From positions 96,001 to 160,000 of the forward strand of contig CBDDPY010000002.1 in assembly GCA_965232515.1 (NCBI GenBank): 64,000 nucleotides of DNA, read 5' to 3'. This DNA is from Alphaproteobacteria bacterium. GTDB taxonomy: Bacteria > Pseudomonadota > Alphaproteobacteria > GCA-2731375. The notes under the pieces are model-generated. The model did not search any database. It was given only the letters and a program-made list of their open reading frames with translations, and was not told where the DNA came from. A program made the translations under genes and the position numbers. The stretch's first letter is position 1, and each line of letters starts with the position of its first letter. Positions 1-9,489 of this stretch are shown here, one piece after another.

Positions 1-270
1 GCCCATGCCGTAGATCGCCACGACGACAAACCCGTAGATCAACAGATGCGTGACCGGCCGGAGCGCGCGGAAGCCGTCGCCGGCCGCGCTCTGCACGAAG
101 AACACCTCGAACACGCCGACCGCCAGCCCGACATAGCCCGCCAGCACGACCGCGTTCAACAGCGGCACGCCGATGGCGATGGCCGCGACGATGCCGATCA
201 CGACGAAAGCCAACGTGCCGATGATCACGGCGCTGACCTTCCGCGCCACCGTATTCGAGATCACCGCCAC
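1..270 (-). CDS. N-terminal part of a membrane protein running off the window edge; possibly the TM region of a membrane-anchored class-III cyclase
   Basis: Manual translation from GTG 270 (GGGAGG upstream): VAVISNTVARKVSAVIIGTLAFVVIGIVAAIAIGVPLLNAVVLAGYVGLAVGVFEVFFVQS..., about 3 hydrophobic helices, open to base 1. The cyclase identity is only a guess. Confidence 0.55.
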   Translation of the reverse strand, partial: MAVISNTVARKVSAVIIGTLAFVVIGIVAAIAIGVPLLNAVVLAGYVGLAVGVFEVFFVQSAAGDGFRALRPVTHLLIYGFVVVAIYGMG

Positions 271-393
271 GCCAGCCCCTCCCATCCCGCGCCATCGACA
301 TAGGCAACCGACAATATCGCACACGGCGGTCCCGCGACATGGCAACGTCCCGGCGCGCGGGGGCGATCGCGGAAGCGCGACGGCTGGCGCGGC

Positions 394-1725
394 TTATTGC
401 TTCGGCAGGTAGCTGCGGAGCGGGGCCGGGGCGATCTGGAACTGCACGGTGAGCCAGAGCTTGTCGATGTCGCTGGCGAAGTCGTCGGCGTCGTAGCTGG
501 CGTACTGGATGCCGAGCCGCAGCTTGCCGGCCGGCGTGCCGACCGTCTTGAACAGGCCCAGGTTCCACTCCGATCCATAGTCCGTGCCGCGGTTCTCGGC
601 CTGGAAATCGTGCACGGCGCCGGCGATGACGACGTCCGACAGCAGCCCGTCCCCCGGCAGCTTCAGGCTGAATTTCAGGTACAGGTCTTCCAGGCCGTCC
701 GGTGGCGTCACCAGGAATTGGTCGGTCAGGCCGTTGAACTTGTGCAGCGTCGCCAGCGGTGTCTGGAAGGCATTCGCGCCGTCGCCCTCCAGCATCTCAT
801 AGCCGGCGCTGATCGTGGCCCAGCGATAGCGCAGACCCGGCTCGATCGCGTAGTACCAGAGATCGAAGCTTGCCGGATTGCTGCGATGGTCTTCCTGGTA
901 GACGGCGGAGCCGGCATAGCGCAGCGTCCAGTCCTCAACCAGCGGATAGGCGCCGGCCAGCCGCGCGCCGTAGGACGCGCTCGAATTGCCCGCCTGGGAC
1001 CGACGTTCGAAATCGAGCAGCAACGCGAACGGCGTGATGGTGAGATATTCCAGACCGCTGTAGCGGGCCCGCGCGGCATGCGTCTGCATCTCCTGTCTGC
1101 CGACCGCCGAATCCCGGCCGAAGATCCGGTGCGCCTCCTCCAGATAGGCATAGTCGAACGCGACGTCGGGGATCAGGTCGGTGCCGGCGCGCAGCGCATC
1201 GAAGGTCTGCTCGTTCTGGCGGAAGCCGACGTTGCCGATGAAGCGGGCATCGTCCCAGATAATGCGCTGCCGTCCCAGCTTGAACCGGCTCTTCGGGATC
1301 GTGCCGTCGGAGACGAGGAAAAGCTGATTGATCGCTTCGTCGTCGGGATCGGCAACGACCGGGAAACGGGTCCGGCCATTAATGGTGTCGTTGAATTCTT
1401 CGTCGCCGACGGCCTCGATCCATTCGACATCGAGGCCGAGGCCAAAGCCGTAGAACCGGCCGGTCTCGAAGCCGATGCGGCTGCGAACCGTATTCGCGTT
1501 CGCGTCTTCCGGCCGGCCGTCCTGATCGACATGCTCATAGCGATAGCGCAGATCAAGCACCGGCCGCGCGTCGCGATAGAGGTCGCGCCAATCGTTTCCA
1601 GCGCTCGCCGGATCGACCCCCTGCGCCGCCCCGGCAAGCAGCAGGCCGGCCATCCCCAACGCCGCCGTCCGCCTGCGCATCACGATGTCCCGCGTCGGGA
1701 ACCGGTCGCCGAGCTTCGCTGTCAT
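394..1725 (-). CDS. Alginate-export (AlgE-like) family outer-membrane beta-barrel protein
   Basis: GGAGG RBS; signal-peptide-like N-terminus; LRYRYEHVDQ, LGRQRIIWDDARFIGNVGFRQNEQTFDA and FQTPLATLHKFNGLTDQFL motifs; amphipathic strands. Confidence 0.8.
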   Translation of the reverse strand: MTAKLGDRFPTRDIVMRRRTAALGMAGLLLAGAAQGVDPASAGNDWRDLYRDARPVLDLRYRYEHVDQDGRPEDANANTVRSRIGFETGRFYGFGLGLDVEWIEAVGDEEFNDTINGRTRFPVVADPDDEAINQLFLVSDGTIPKSRFKLGRQRIIWDDARFIGNVGFRQNEQTFDALRAGTDLIPDVAFDYAYLEEAHRIFGRDSAVGRQEMQTHAARARYSGLEYLTITPFALLLDFERRSQAGNSSASYGARLAGAYPLVEDWTLRYAGSAVYQEDHRSNPASFDLWYYAIEPGLRYRWATISAGYEMLEGDGANAFQTPLATLHKFNGLTDQFLVTPPDGLEDLYLKFSLKLPGDGLLSDVVIAGAVHDFQAENRGTDYGSEWNLGLFKTVGTPAGKLRLGIQYASYDADDFASDIDKLWLTVQFQIAPAPLRSYLPKQ

Positions 1726-1835
1726 GCACCTCCATTAACACACGCGAGGGACGACCCGACTTGCCTTTGGTTAGGTCGGTCGCCCGACACGCGCAAAAAT
1801 CATGGTGTCGACCGCCCGCAAGCCTGAAGGATTTC

Positions 1836-1997
1836 GACAACCTGCCGTCCCTCGCTCACCTGATCGATCATCGCGAGCTGCTACGCCAGCACCACCTGAT
1901 TCCGCAACGCCGGCGAAAGAACGGCGGTCCCAACCTGCACATCCGGCACCGCTCCCGCCTCGGCTGCCAGCAACATCAACGGATCGTGCGGCGTCCG
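1836..1997 (-). pseudogene. Relic fragment of an LLM-class (luciferase-like) flavin-dependent oxidoreductase
   Basis: Manual translation RTPHDPLMLLAAEAGAVPDVQVGTAVLSPALRNQVVLA*QLAMIDQVSEGRQVV fits the LLM pattern DPxxxLA...GTAVL.P.LRNPV.LA...ATLD..SxGR; in-frame TAG at 1881-1883; no start and no C-terminus. Confidence 0.65.
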
Positions 1998-2252
1998 TCA
2001 GGGCCACCAGCGCGACACCTCCGCGAGATCTTCGGCGAATGTGAGGCGCGCGCGATCGTCGAAATCCAGCCGGTCGTCTGTCAGCAGGCCGGCCAGCAAT
2101 CTGACGGCGTCCTGGCGCTCATCCCCTGGCAACAGATCCAGTATCCCTTGCATGACGGATGATCGTTGTGCCGAAGGCAACTGCGGCGCCAATTCTGCCA
2201 GCGATGAAACGCGCACGGTCGCGATCGCAATGTCGCGCGCCGCTGAGAGCGC
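1998..2252 (-). pseudogene. In-frame C-terminal continuation of the STAND helical-repeat gene beyond a premature TAA
   Basis: Same frame as 2253..5882; reads ALSAARDIAIATVRVSSLAELAPQLP...AEVSRWWP*, continuing the repeat register. Confidence 0.75.
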
Positions 2253-5200
2253 TTACGCCAGCACGGTGCTGCGCCGGGCTGGTTCAAGAGATGGCGCCAA
2301 GGCGGTCAGCGCTTTTGCGCGTTCCCACGCACCGCCGATCCCGCGCGCAATCGACAGGGCCCGACGCAGGTGTTCGGCCGTCAGCAAAGGCGCCAGCGCG
2401 GCCAGCATCCAGCATTGTGCGCTGTCTTCCTCCATCGCCCACGTCGCGTCTAACGCTTCATGCAACAATTCATCGCGCTCGTTCGCTGGCAGCATCGCCG
2501 ACAACGTCGTCAAGGCATCCGCCCGTTCTTCGTCATCGACAATTGCCTGGGCCGCTTTCACGACCTCGGTCAACTGTGCGCGCGGCAACTTCGGCGCCAA
2601 CGCGACCAGAGTCTCTGCCCGGGCCAACGCAGATTCGATGCCGCGCGCCGTCTCCAGCGCTTCCCGCAAAACGGCGTCTTTCTCGTCTGCCGGCAGACGG
2701 TCTGCCAGACGCACGAGCGTTTTGGCTCTTGCACTGGCTCTGCCGATCCTTCGTGCAAGGCGCAACGCCTGCTGCAACAGGTCCGGCGGCAAGTGCGGCG
2801 CCAGATCGGTCAACCAAAGAGGGACCAGTTCCTGGCGCTGCAGATCTGCCACGACCTGGATTGTTTTTTTAAGGACCGCGCGCCGTTCTCCAGTTGGCAT
2901 GTGGACTGCCAGCGCGGCCAACGCGTCGGTCCTTGCCTCCTCGTCTCCAACATCCCGCGCCATCGCCAAGGCACGCGGCAACAGCTCGGACGATACATGT
3001 GGCGCCAACTCCACCAACGCCTCTGTACGGAGATCCTCGTCTGGAAAGCGCTCGACCGCCGTCAACGCCCGCGTAAGCAGGGCATTGTAGTCCTGCGTCG
3101 ACAAGTAAGGGAATAGCTTGGCCAGAGCCGTTCGGAGCACAAACGTCCTGCCGTCGCGGTGGGCAGAATCCATGGCCAGACGCAGCACGCCATCGCGTTG
3201 GCCGGCGCTCAGATGCCTGACCAATTTGGCCAGCGCCTTGATGGCCGTATAGGAGTCGTCGATACTGCGGGCCGCCGCCAGGACCTCGGGCACAAGCATC
3301 GGCGGAAGGTGTGGCGCCAGGTCGGACAGGGCCCAGGATCTGTCGTATTCCAGGTCGGTCTCGCCCGCGGCCACCAGGGCCTCCCTTAACAGCGCAACCC
3401 GTTCGTCGTCCGGCAACCGCCAGGCCAACGCACCCAATGCGATGGATCTGGCGTCGACCTCATATATGCCGCGTGCCGCCTTGATGCCCTGCATCAACAG
3501 GTCGTCCGGCAGGTGCGGCGCGAGCGCCGCCAGCGCCTGAGCCTTCGAGAAGTCTGGAAGCTTGTCGCGCGCTGCGTGGAATGACTCCCGGACCAGCGCC
3601 TCCCGTTGATCGTCCGGTGCGAACGGTGCCAGCAGTGCCGGTGCTTCGGTATCGATGCGGGCGTACCCGATCTCGCGGAGAACCTCAAAAGCCTCCAATA
3701 CGAATTCCGGCGTCCAGTCCGGCGCCGGCCGTCCGAGAGCCAATGCTCTTAGTCGAACATCCTTCACATCGCGTGCCGCTTGCAGGGCCTCGCGCAAAGC
3801 CGAAGCGTGTTTAGGCGCTGGCGCCTGCGCGGCCAGTTTGGCCAAGGCCCGGGCACGGTAAAAGTCATTCTCGATGTTGAGCGCCGTCGACCACGCCTGT
3901 TCGAACCGGTCGGCGGTCAGTTTGGACGCCAGTGCCGCCAGCGCCTCAAGCGCGGAATGCCCCTTCTTGATGTTCGCCGTGGCCTCAATAGCTTGCCGCA
4001 GCGCCGAGTCGCGTTGTTCGGCGGGCAGGTGCGGTGCCAGTGCCGCCAAGGTTACTGCGCGGTCTTTCGGATCGGCGATGTCAAGGGCGAGGTTGAAGGC
4101 TTGCTGCACCATGGGACCGCGCCGCTCAATGGGCAATTTCGTCGCCAACTCGGCCAGCACCTGCGACCAGCCCTCATCGTCACCATCGTCCCGGGTCGCG
4201 TTGAGAAGCCGGTCCGCGTCTTCCGTGTCGGCAACAGCGGCGAGTTCGACTAATGCGTACAATCGGCTCCGGTCGGTTTCCATGAGGGAGATCAGGTCGA
4301 GCGCACCGCCGATCGTTAACTGCGATGTCTCGACGGCGCGGCGAATGACCGCCGGACGAATTTCGGTGCCCAGGCTGCCGATCGACGACGAGATCAGGGC
4401 GCACCGCATTTGCGCCGATACGTGGTTCGGCAGGCCGGTCGCCGCCCAGCCATCCGGCCGGCCGGCGATGTACCGGCGGATTCGTTCGACGTCGAAGGCG
4501 AAATCCCGTTCGCCATGGTCCTGTGCCAGCCGCGCCCGCCGCCAGCCGTCGCCGGTCAGGCGCATGAGGTCGGCGACGGACGCCTCCGCCTCGATCAGAT
4601 GGTCGAGATAGTGGTCCAGTAGATAGGCATGGTCGACCGTGACGTCCCCCTTGCTGATGCTTTCAAGGGCTTCGTCGCCCCATCGCAGATAGGCCTGTCG
4701 GGCGTTCGCGACGATGTCGTCATCCAGATACCGCAGGCGATCAGGGGACAGCCGCCGGCAACCGCCGAAGAAATCCGCCAGGCGCGGATGGGTGAAGGCG
4801 ATACCATCCTTGGCGAGGAACGGGCGTAACGGCGTCAGCAGATCGTCAATGGACGTGGAGCCGGTCTCGTCGGATGCCGTGAGCAAGGACGAGAGAGCGC
4901 GATGGGTCAGGGGTGCCTTGGCCTGCCCAATCAGCGCGGCGGTCGTCAGAAACGCGCGATCGTTGGCCCAATCGCGGCTACGCGGTCGGCGCCGGTCCGC
5001 AAACCATCGGTCGAAGAAACCGCTGAGGCCGGGCGGCATAGCGGCAAGATCGCCGGGTTGCGTGACATCCCTTTCGTCGTCCCCGCCGGCGTAGAGGTTG
5101 ATCAGAAACGGTTCGCCACCGGTCAGCCGCGCAACGTCATCGACGATATCCGGCGTCGCCGCGATGGCGGTTGCATCTAGAGGCGGCAAATCATGGGATT

Positions 5201-5882
5201 GGCCGTCTTCCGGCCAATCCAGACGTTGCCGCCAGGCATCCGGCGTCGGCGCATCGTGCGTCAGGTTTGCCGCTACGAGAAACCGCAGTCCCGGCGGCGG
5301 CGCGTCGGGGAAGAGGTCGCGGATGATACGGCCGCGGTCGATCTCGTCCAAGCCGTCGACAACGACCACAATGCGATCATGCGCCGCCGGATTGAAGGTC
5401 AGCAGCAGTCGCCGGATTTCGTTGCGGTAGTGAGCGACGGCTTCGCCCGGCGGGGCCAGCCGCAGGTCGGCGTCGCCGAGCGCGTCGGCAATGCGTGCGG
5501 CGAGCCCATGACAGAACGCGGCCGGGTGTGTGGTCCGTCGGCTCCCACCGGCCGCCACGAACACAACCGACCAGTCGGAAGGCAACTGTACGATCCAATG
5601 CGCGAGGAGCGCGCTCTTGCCCCGCCCGGCCGGCGCGGCGATCAGCAACCGGTCCGATGCCGTCTCGTCCGTCAGCCAGGCATTCAAAGCCGCGATATCG
5701 GCCTCTCGGCCGGCGAACGGCGTCGGCCGACGTGCGTCGCCGAGGTGTTCCTGCAGAAACGCATCGATCGCGCCGGCGAAGCCGGGCGCATCGTAGCGAA
5801 CCCGCCGCCTGATGCGTTCGACAGCGGCCACCGTACCATCGCCACCTTGCATGCCGAGTATTCTCTTTATACGAGTAAACAC
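2253..5882 (-). CDS. STAND-class (NACHT/AAA_16-like) P-loop NTPase with a long C-terminal HEAT-like helical repeat array; truncated by a nonsense codon
   Basis: FAGRE, Walker A APAGRGKS, Walker B VVVVDGLDE, TGGEP motif; many LAALAPHLP / ALxAARxI repeats. Confidence 0.8.
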   Translation of the reverse strand: MFTRIKRILGMQGGDGTVAAVERIRRRVRYDAPGFAGAIDAFLQEHLGDARRPTPFAGREADIAALNAWLTDETASDRLLIAAPAGRGKSALLAHWIVQLPSDWSVVFVAAGGSRRTTHPAAFCHGLAARIADALGDADLRLAPPGEAVAHYRNEIRRLLLTFNPAAHDRIVVVVDGLDEIDRGRIIRDLFPDAPPPGLRFLVAANLTHDAPTPDAWRQRLDWPEDGQSHDLPPLDATAIAATPDIVDDVARLTGGEPFLINLYAGGDDERDVTQPGDLAAMPPGLSGFFDRWFADRRRPRSRDWANDRAFLTTAALIGQAKAPLTHRALSSLLTASDETGSTSIDDLLTPLRPFLAKDGIAFTHPRLADFFGGCRRLSPDRLRYLDDDIVANARQAYLRWGDEALESISKGDVTVDHAYLLDHYLDHLIEAEASVADLMRLTGDGWRRARLAQDHGERDFAFDVERIRRYIAGRPDGWAATGLPNHVSAQMRCALISSSIGSLGTEIRPAVIRRAVETSQLTIGGALDLISLMETDRSRLYALVELAAVADTEDADRLLNATRDDGDDEGWSQVLAELATKLPIERRGPMVQQAFNLALDIADPKDRAVTLAALAPHLPAEQRDSALRQAIEATANIKKGHSALEALAALASKLTADRFEQAWSTALNIENDFYRARALAKLAAQAPAPKHASALREALQAARDVKDVRLRALALGRPAPDWTPEFVLEAFEVLREIGYARIDTEAPALLAPFAPDDQREALVRESFHAARDKLPDFSKAQALAALAPHLPDDLLMQGIKAARGIYEVDARSIALGALAWRLPDDERVALLREALVAAGETDLEYDRSWALSDLAPHLPPMLVPEVLAAARSIDDSYTAIKALAKLVRHLSAGQRDGVLRLAMDSAHRDGRTFVLRTALAKLFPYLSTQDYNALLTRALTAVERFPDEDLRTEALVELAPHVSSELLPRALAMARDVGDEEARTDALAALAVHMPTGERRAVLKKTIQVVADLQRQELVPLWLTDLAPHLPPDLLQQALRLARRIGRASARAKTLVRLADRLPADEKDAVLREALETARGIESALARAETLVALAPKLPRAQLTEVVKAAQAIVDDEERADALTTLSAMLPANERDELLHEALDATWAMEEDSAQCWMLAALAPLLTAEHLRRALSIARGIGGAWERAKALTALAPSLEPARRSTVLA

Positions 5883-6057
5883 GGGTTGTTATTCTAATAT
5901 AAAGGATGCCGTTTGGAAAGCCGGTCACGGCATCGTTTCGACACTTATCGAAATGAAATAAGCCGTTGAACCCGTTGAATTCTTTTTCCTTGACGCTCCT
6001 GTGCATGGGGTTGTTCCGAGGTTTCCCCCGCGCGACCCCCCCCCTCCCAGACCCGAA

Positions 6058-6846
6058 CTAGCCGAAGCGGGGCGGGCGGGCGGCCCTGAGGGCGGCGACG
6101 GCTTCCTTGAAGTCGGGGCCCGCGATCAGCATGGTCTGGGCTTCCAGGTTGAACTCCCACTCGGCCGCCAGGCTCGACTCCATGGCGCGGCGCAGGCCTG
6201 ATTTGGCGACGGCGTAGGCGCGGGCGGGGCCGGCGGCGAGCTTGGCCGCAAGCGTGGTGACCTCCATCATGAGGGTGTCGGCCGGGACGCATCGGTTGAC
6301 GAGGCCGATGGCGGCGGCTTCGGGGGCGTCGACGGTGGTGCCGAGCATGACCATCTCGGTGGCCTTGGCGAGGCCGACCAGTTGCGGCAGCAGGAACATG
6401 CCGCCCAGCGGCGGGACCAGGCCGAAGTCGATCCAGCCCTCGCGAAACTGCGCGGTCTCGTCGGCGATCCGGAAGTCGCAGGCGACGGCCATCTCGCAGC
6501 CGGCGACGAACGCCGGTCCGCGCACTTCGGCGATGGTCGGCTTGGGGCAGAGCTTGATGGCGCGCACCGCGCCCTGGAAGTTGGCGTAGACCGTGCGCTT
6601 GATCTCGGCGGCGTCCATGGCGGCGATCTGGTCGAGGAAGGTGGGGTCGGCGCCGGCGCAGAAGGTGTCGCCCGCGCCCGCCAGCACCACGACCCGGACG
6701 CCGTCGTCGTCGGCCATGGCGGCAACGGCATCGCGGATCTCGCCCATCATGGCGACGTTGTATCGGTTCTTCAGCTCCGGCCGGTTGAAGGTGACGCGGC
6801 CGATCCCGTCGGCCCGCTCGGTGGTAATGTATTGGAAGTCAGCCAT
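6058..6846 (-). CDS. Enoyl-CoA hydratase/isomerase family protein
   Basis: FNRPELKN, FCAGAD, GCEMAVACDFRIA crotonase motifs; likely start ATG 6846 (MADFQY). Confidence 0.9.
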   Translation of the reverse strand: MADFQYITTERADGIGRVTFNRPELKNRYNVAMMGEIRDAVAAMADDDGVRVVVLAGAGDTFCAGADPTFLDQIAAMDAAEIKRTVYANFQGAVRAIKLCPKPTIAEVRGPAFVAGCEMAVACDFRIADETAQFREGWIDFGLVPPLGGMFLLPQLVGLAKATEMVMLGTTVDAPEAAAIGLVNRCVPADTLMMEVTTLAAKLAAGPARAYAVAKSGLRRAMESSLAAEWEFNLEAQTMLIAGPDFKEAVAALRAARPPRFG

Positions 6847-6958
6847 GTCCTGCGCGCATCCTCCTATGTGACGGGGATGTGAGCATAGCCGTTGCATCGC
6901 CGCGCGCGGGCGTCAGAATTGGCGGCGTCGGAATGCAACGCTGTTTGGGAGGAATGAG

Positions 6959-7849
6959 ATGGCGACGATCGGCTTTATCGGCCTGGGCAACATGGGCGGC
7001 CCCATGGCCCGCAACCTGGTGAACGCGGGTCACAGTGTGAAGGCCTTCGACCTGTCGCCCGATGCCATGAACTTCGCCGTGCAGGCGGGCGCGCAGGCCG
7101 CGACCAGCGTCGCCGACGCCGCGGGCGGGGTTGCGTTCGTCGTCACCATGCTGCCGGTGGGCCAGCACGTGCGCGATGTCTATCTCGGTCCGGACGGCGC
7201 CATCGCCGCGGCAGATCCGGGCACGGTGCTGCTGGACTCCTCGACCATCGATGTCGAGACCGCGCAGGCCGTGCACGCGGCCGCGGCCGAGGCTGGCCTC
7301 GAAATGCTGGACGCGCCGGTCTCGGGCGGCACCGGCGGGGCCGAGGCGGGCACGCTCACCTTCATGTGCGGCGGCGACAAGGCCGTGTTCGAGAAGGCGA
7401 AGGCCGTGCTCTCGGGCATGGGCAAGAATCTGGTGCTGGCCGGCGGGCCGGGCCTGGGCCAGGCGGCCAAGATCTGCAACAACATGGTCGCCGGCATCTC
7501 CAACATCGCCGTCTGCGAGGCCTTCGTGCTGGGCGAGAAGCTGGGCCTCGACCACCAGGTGCTCTACGACATCATGTCGACCTCGTCCGCCTCCTGCTTC
7601 TCGCTCCTGCATCTTTGTCCGGTGCCCGGACCGGTGCCGACCTCGCCGGCGAACCGCGACTACCAGCCGGGCTTCGCCGCGGCGCTGATGCTGAAGGACC
7701 TTCGCCTGGCGCAAGCAGCGTCGCAGATGACCGGCGCGGCGACGCCGTTGGGCGCGGAAGCGGCGGCGCTCTATGCCTTGTTCTGCAACGCCGGCAATGC
7801 CGAGATGGACACATCGGCGATCATCAAGCTGATCCGCGGCGAAGGATGA
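6959..7849 (+). CDS. mmsB: 3-hydroxyisobutyrate dehydrogenase
   Basis: GFIGLGNMGGPMA, DAPVSGG, AKICNNM, CPVPGPVPTSPANRDY, LMLKDL. Confidence 0.9.
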   Translation: MATIGFIGLGNMGGPMARNLVNAGHSVKAFDLSPDAMNFAVQAGAQAATSVADAAGGVAFVVTMLPVGQHVRDVYLGPDGAIAAADPGTVLLDSSTIDVETAQAVHAAAAEAGLEMLDAPVSGGTGGAEAGTLTFMCGGDKAVFEKAKAVLSGMGKNLVLAGGPGLGQAAKICNNMVAGISNIAVCEAFVLGEKLGLDHQVLYDIMSTSSASCFSLLHLCPVPGPVPTSPANRDYQPGFAAALMLKDLRLAQAASQMTGAATPLGAEAAALYALFCNAGNAEMDTSAIIKLIRGEG

Positions 7850-9479
7850 GGCCGCTGCGCCAGATGAGATAACCGGCGAGCAGGATCAGCAATCCGGCCA
7901 CCACCGGGCGCACGACACCGTCCATCAGGAACAGCGGCACCGAGACGGCCAGCAGCAGCAGCGGCATGTAGGCGCGCGTCCAGGGCGCCGTGCCGCGCTG
8001 CGCCTGGTACCAGGGGAAGACCACCGAGAACGCGGCAATGATCAGGAAGAACAGCGACCAGGGTCGGGTCACGAACAGGCTGACGTCGTCGCTGATCGCC
8101 AGCGCGCGCGACAGGTTCAGCTCGGCGATATGGCCGAGCACGACGCCCAGGATCATCGGCGCCAGCGGGAAACCCAGCGTGCGCATGACGTAGCCGACGA
8201 TGCCGAAGATGAAGAGCGTCCAGATGTCGAAGCTGACATTGTTCAGCGCGAAGACGCCGATGGCGCAGTAGATCAGGATCACCGCGGCGAGCGTGTACAT
8301 GGGAATGCGCACGACCAGCAGGAAGGCGCGCAGGCAGAAGGCCTGCATGCCGATCATGATGAAGTGTGCGAGGAAGAAGGCGATGAAGACGGCGTAGGCG
8401 AGTTCCGGATTGTCGCCGATGAAGGACGGGCTGGGCTGGACGTTGTGGATCAGCAGCGCGCCCAGCATCACCGCCGTCACCACGTCGCCCGGGATGCCGA
8501 GCGCCATCATGGTGATCAGCGCGCCGCCGGCGGTCGCGTTGTTTGACGCTTCCGGCGCGATGATGCCGTTCGGCTCGCCGCTGCCGAAAGTCTCGGGCGT
8601 GCGCGACGCCTTCTTGGCCTGGTCGTAGGCCAGGATGTTCGAGATCGAGCCGCCCGCCGCCGGCAGCAGGCCGGTGAAGACGCCGATCAGCGCCGAGCGC
8701 ACCAGGTTGGTCCAGCGCCGCGCGATCATGCCGACGGCCCTGAGATGCTCGACCTTGACGGCCTTGGCGCTGCCGGGCGGCATCAGTGGCTCGCGCGCCT
8801 TGAACCGGTCCTGTACGTCGCTCAACAGCTGGCTGAAGGCGAACAGACCGACCAGCACCGGCAGGAAGGCGAAGCCCTGTTCCAACGCGTCGCTGCCGAA
8901 ATTGAACCGGGCGACGCCGTTGATCTCGTCCTCGCCGATCGACGCCACCAGCAGGCCCAGGATGCCGGCGATGATGCCCTTCAGCAGGTTCTCGCCCGAC
9001 AGGCTGGCGGTGATGGTGAGCGCGAACAGCACCAGCGAGAAATAGTCCCAAGGACCGAACTCGAGGCCGACGCGGGCGAGCTGCGGCGCCAACGTCACCA
9101 GCAGAAACGCGCTCAGGATACCGCCCAGAAACGACGACCAGACGCCGAGGCCGAGCGCCAGGCCGGGCTTGCCGCTGCGCGCCAGCGGAAAGCCGTCGAA
9201 GGTGGTGGCGATCGACGAGGGCGTGCCCGGAATGCCGGTCAGCATGCCCGACATCAGCCCGCCCGACAGGCCGCCGACGAAGACGCCGATCATGGTGGCC
9301 AGGCCCTCGACCGCCGACAGCCCGAAGGTGAACGGCAGCGTCAGCACCACGGCCATGGTGATGGTGAAGCCGGGAATGGCGCCGGCGATCAGGCCGGCGG
9401 TCACACCCACCGTCATCAGCAGCAGGTTGGTGACCGCGAAGACGTCGCCGAAGGCGGTGATCACGTTCTCGACGATCAT
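7824..9479 (-). CDS. tctA: Tripartite tricarboxylate transporter large permease TctA
   Basis: GAIPG, IPGTPSSIATTFDG, APEASNNA, LGIPGD motifs; many TM helices. Confidence 0.9.
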   Translation of the reverse strand: MIVENVITAFGDVFAVTNLLLMTVGVTAGLIAGAIPGFTITMAVVLTLPFTFGLSAVEGLATMIGVFVGGLSGGLMSGMLTGIPGTPSSIATTFDGFPLARSGKPGLALGLGVWSSFLGGILSAFLLVTLAPQLARVGLEFGPWDYFSLVLFALTITASLSGENLLKGIIAGILGLLVASIGEDEINGVARFNFGSDALEQGFAFLPVLVGLFAFSQLLSDVQDRFKAREPLMPPGSAKAVKVEHLRAVGMIARRWTNLVRSALIGVFTGLLPAAGGSISNILAYDQAKKASRTPETFGSGEPNGIIAPEASNNATAGGALITMMALGIPGDVVTAVMLGALLIHNVQPSPSFIGDNPELAYAVFIAFFLAHFIMIGMQAFCLRAFLLVVRIPMYTLAAVILIYCAIGVFALNNVSFDIWTLFIFGIVGYVMRTLGFPLAPMILGVVLGHIAELNLSRALAISDDVSLFVTRPWSLFFLIIAAFSVVFPWYQAQRGTAPWTRAYMPLLLLAVSVPLFLMDGVVRPVVAGLLILLAGYLIWRSGLILRRGSA

Positions 9480-9489
9480 GTCGGCCGGC

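Noticed and set aside
2253-2255. Programmed readthrough (Sec/Pyl) of the internal stop
   Set aside because: The codon is TAA, not TGA or TAG; a point mutation or sequencing error is simpler
6866-6885. Two TGTGA half-sites between the crotonase and mmsB as a second CRP box
   Set aside because: Direct rather than inverted orientation, with no TCACA half
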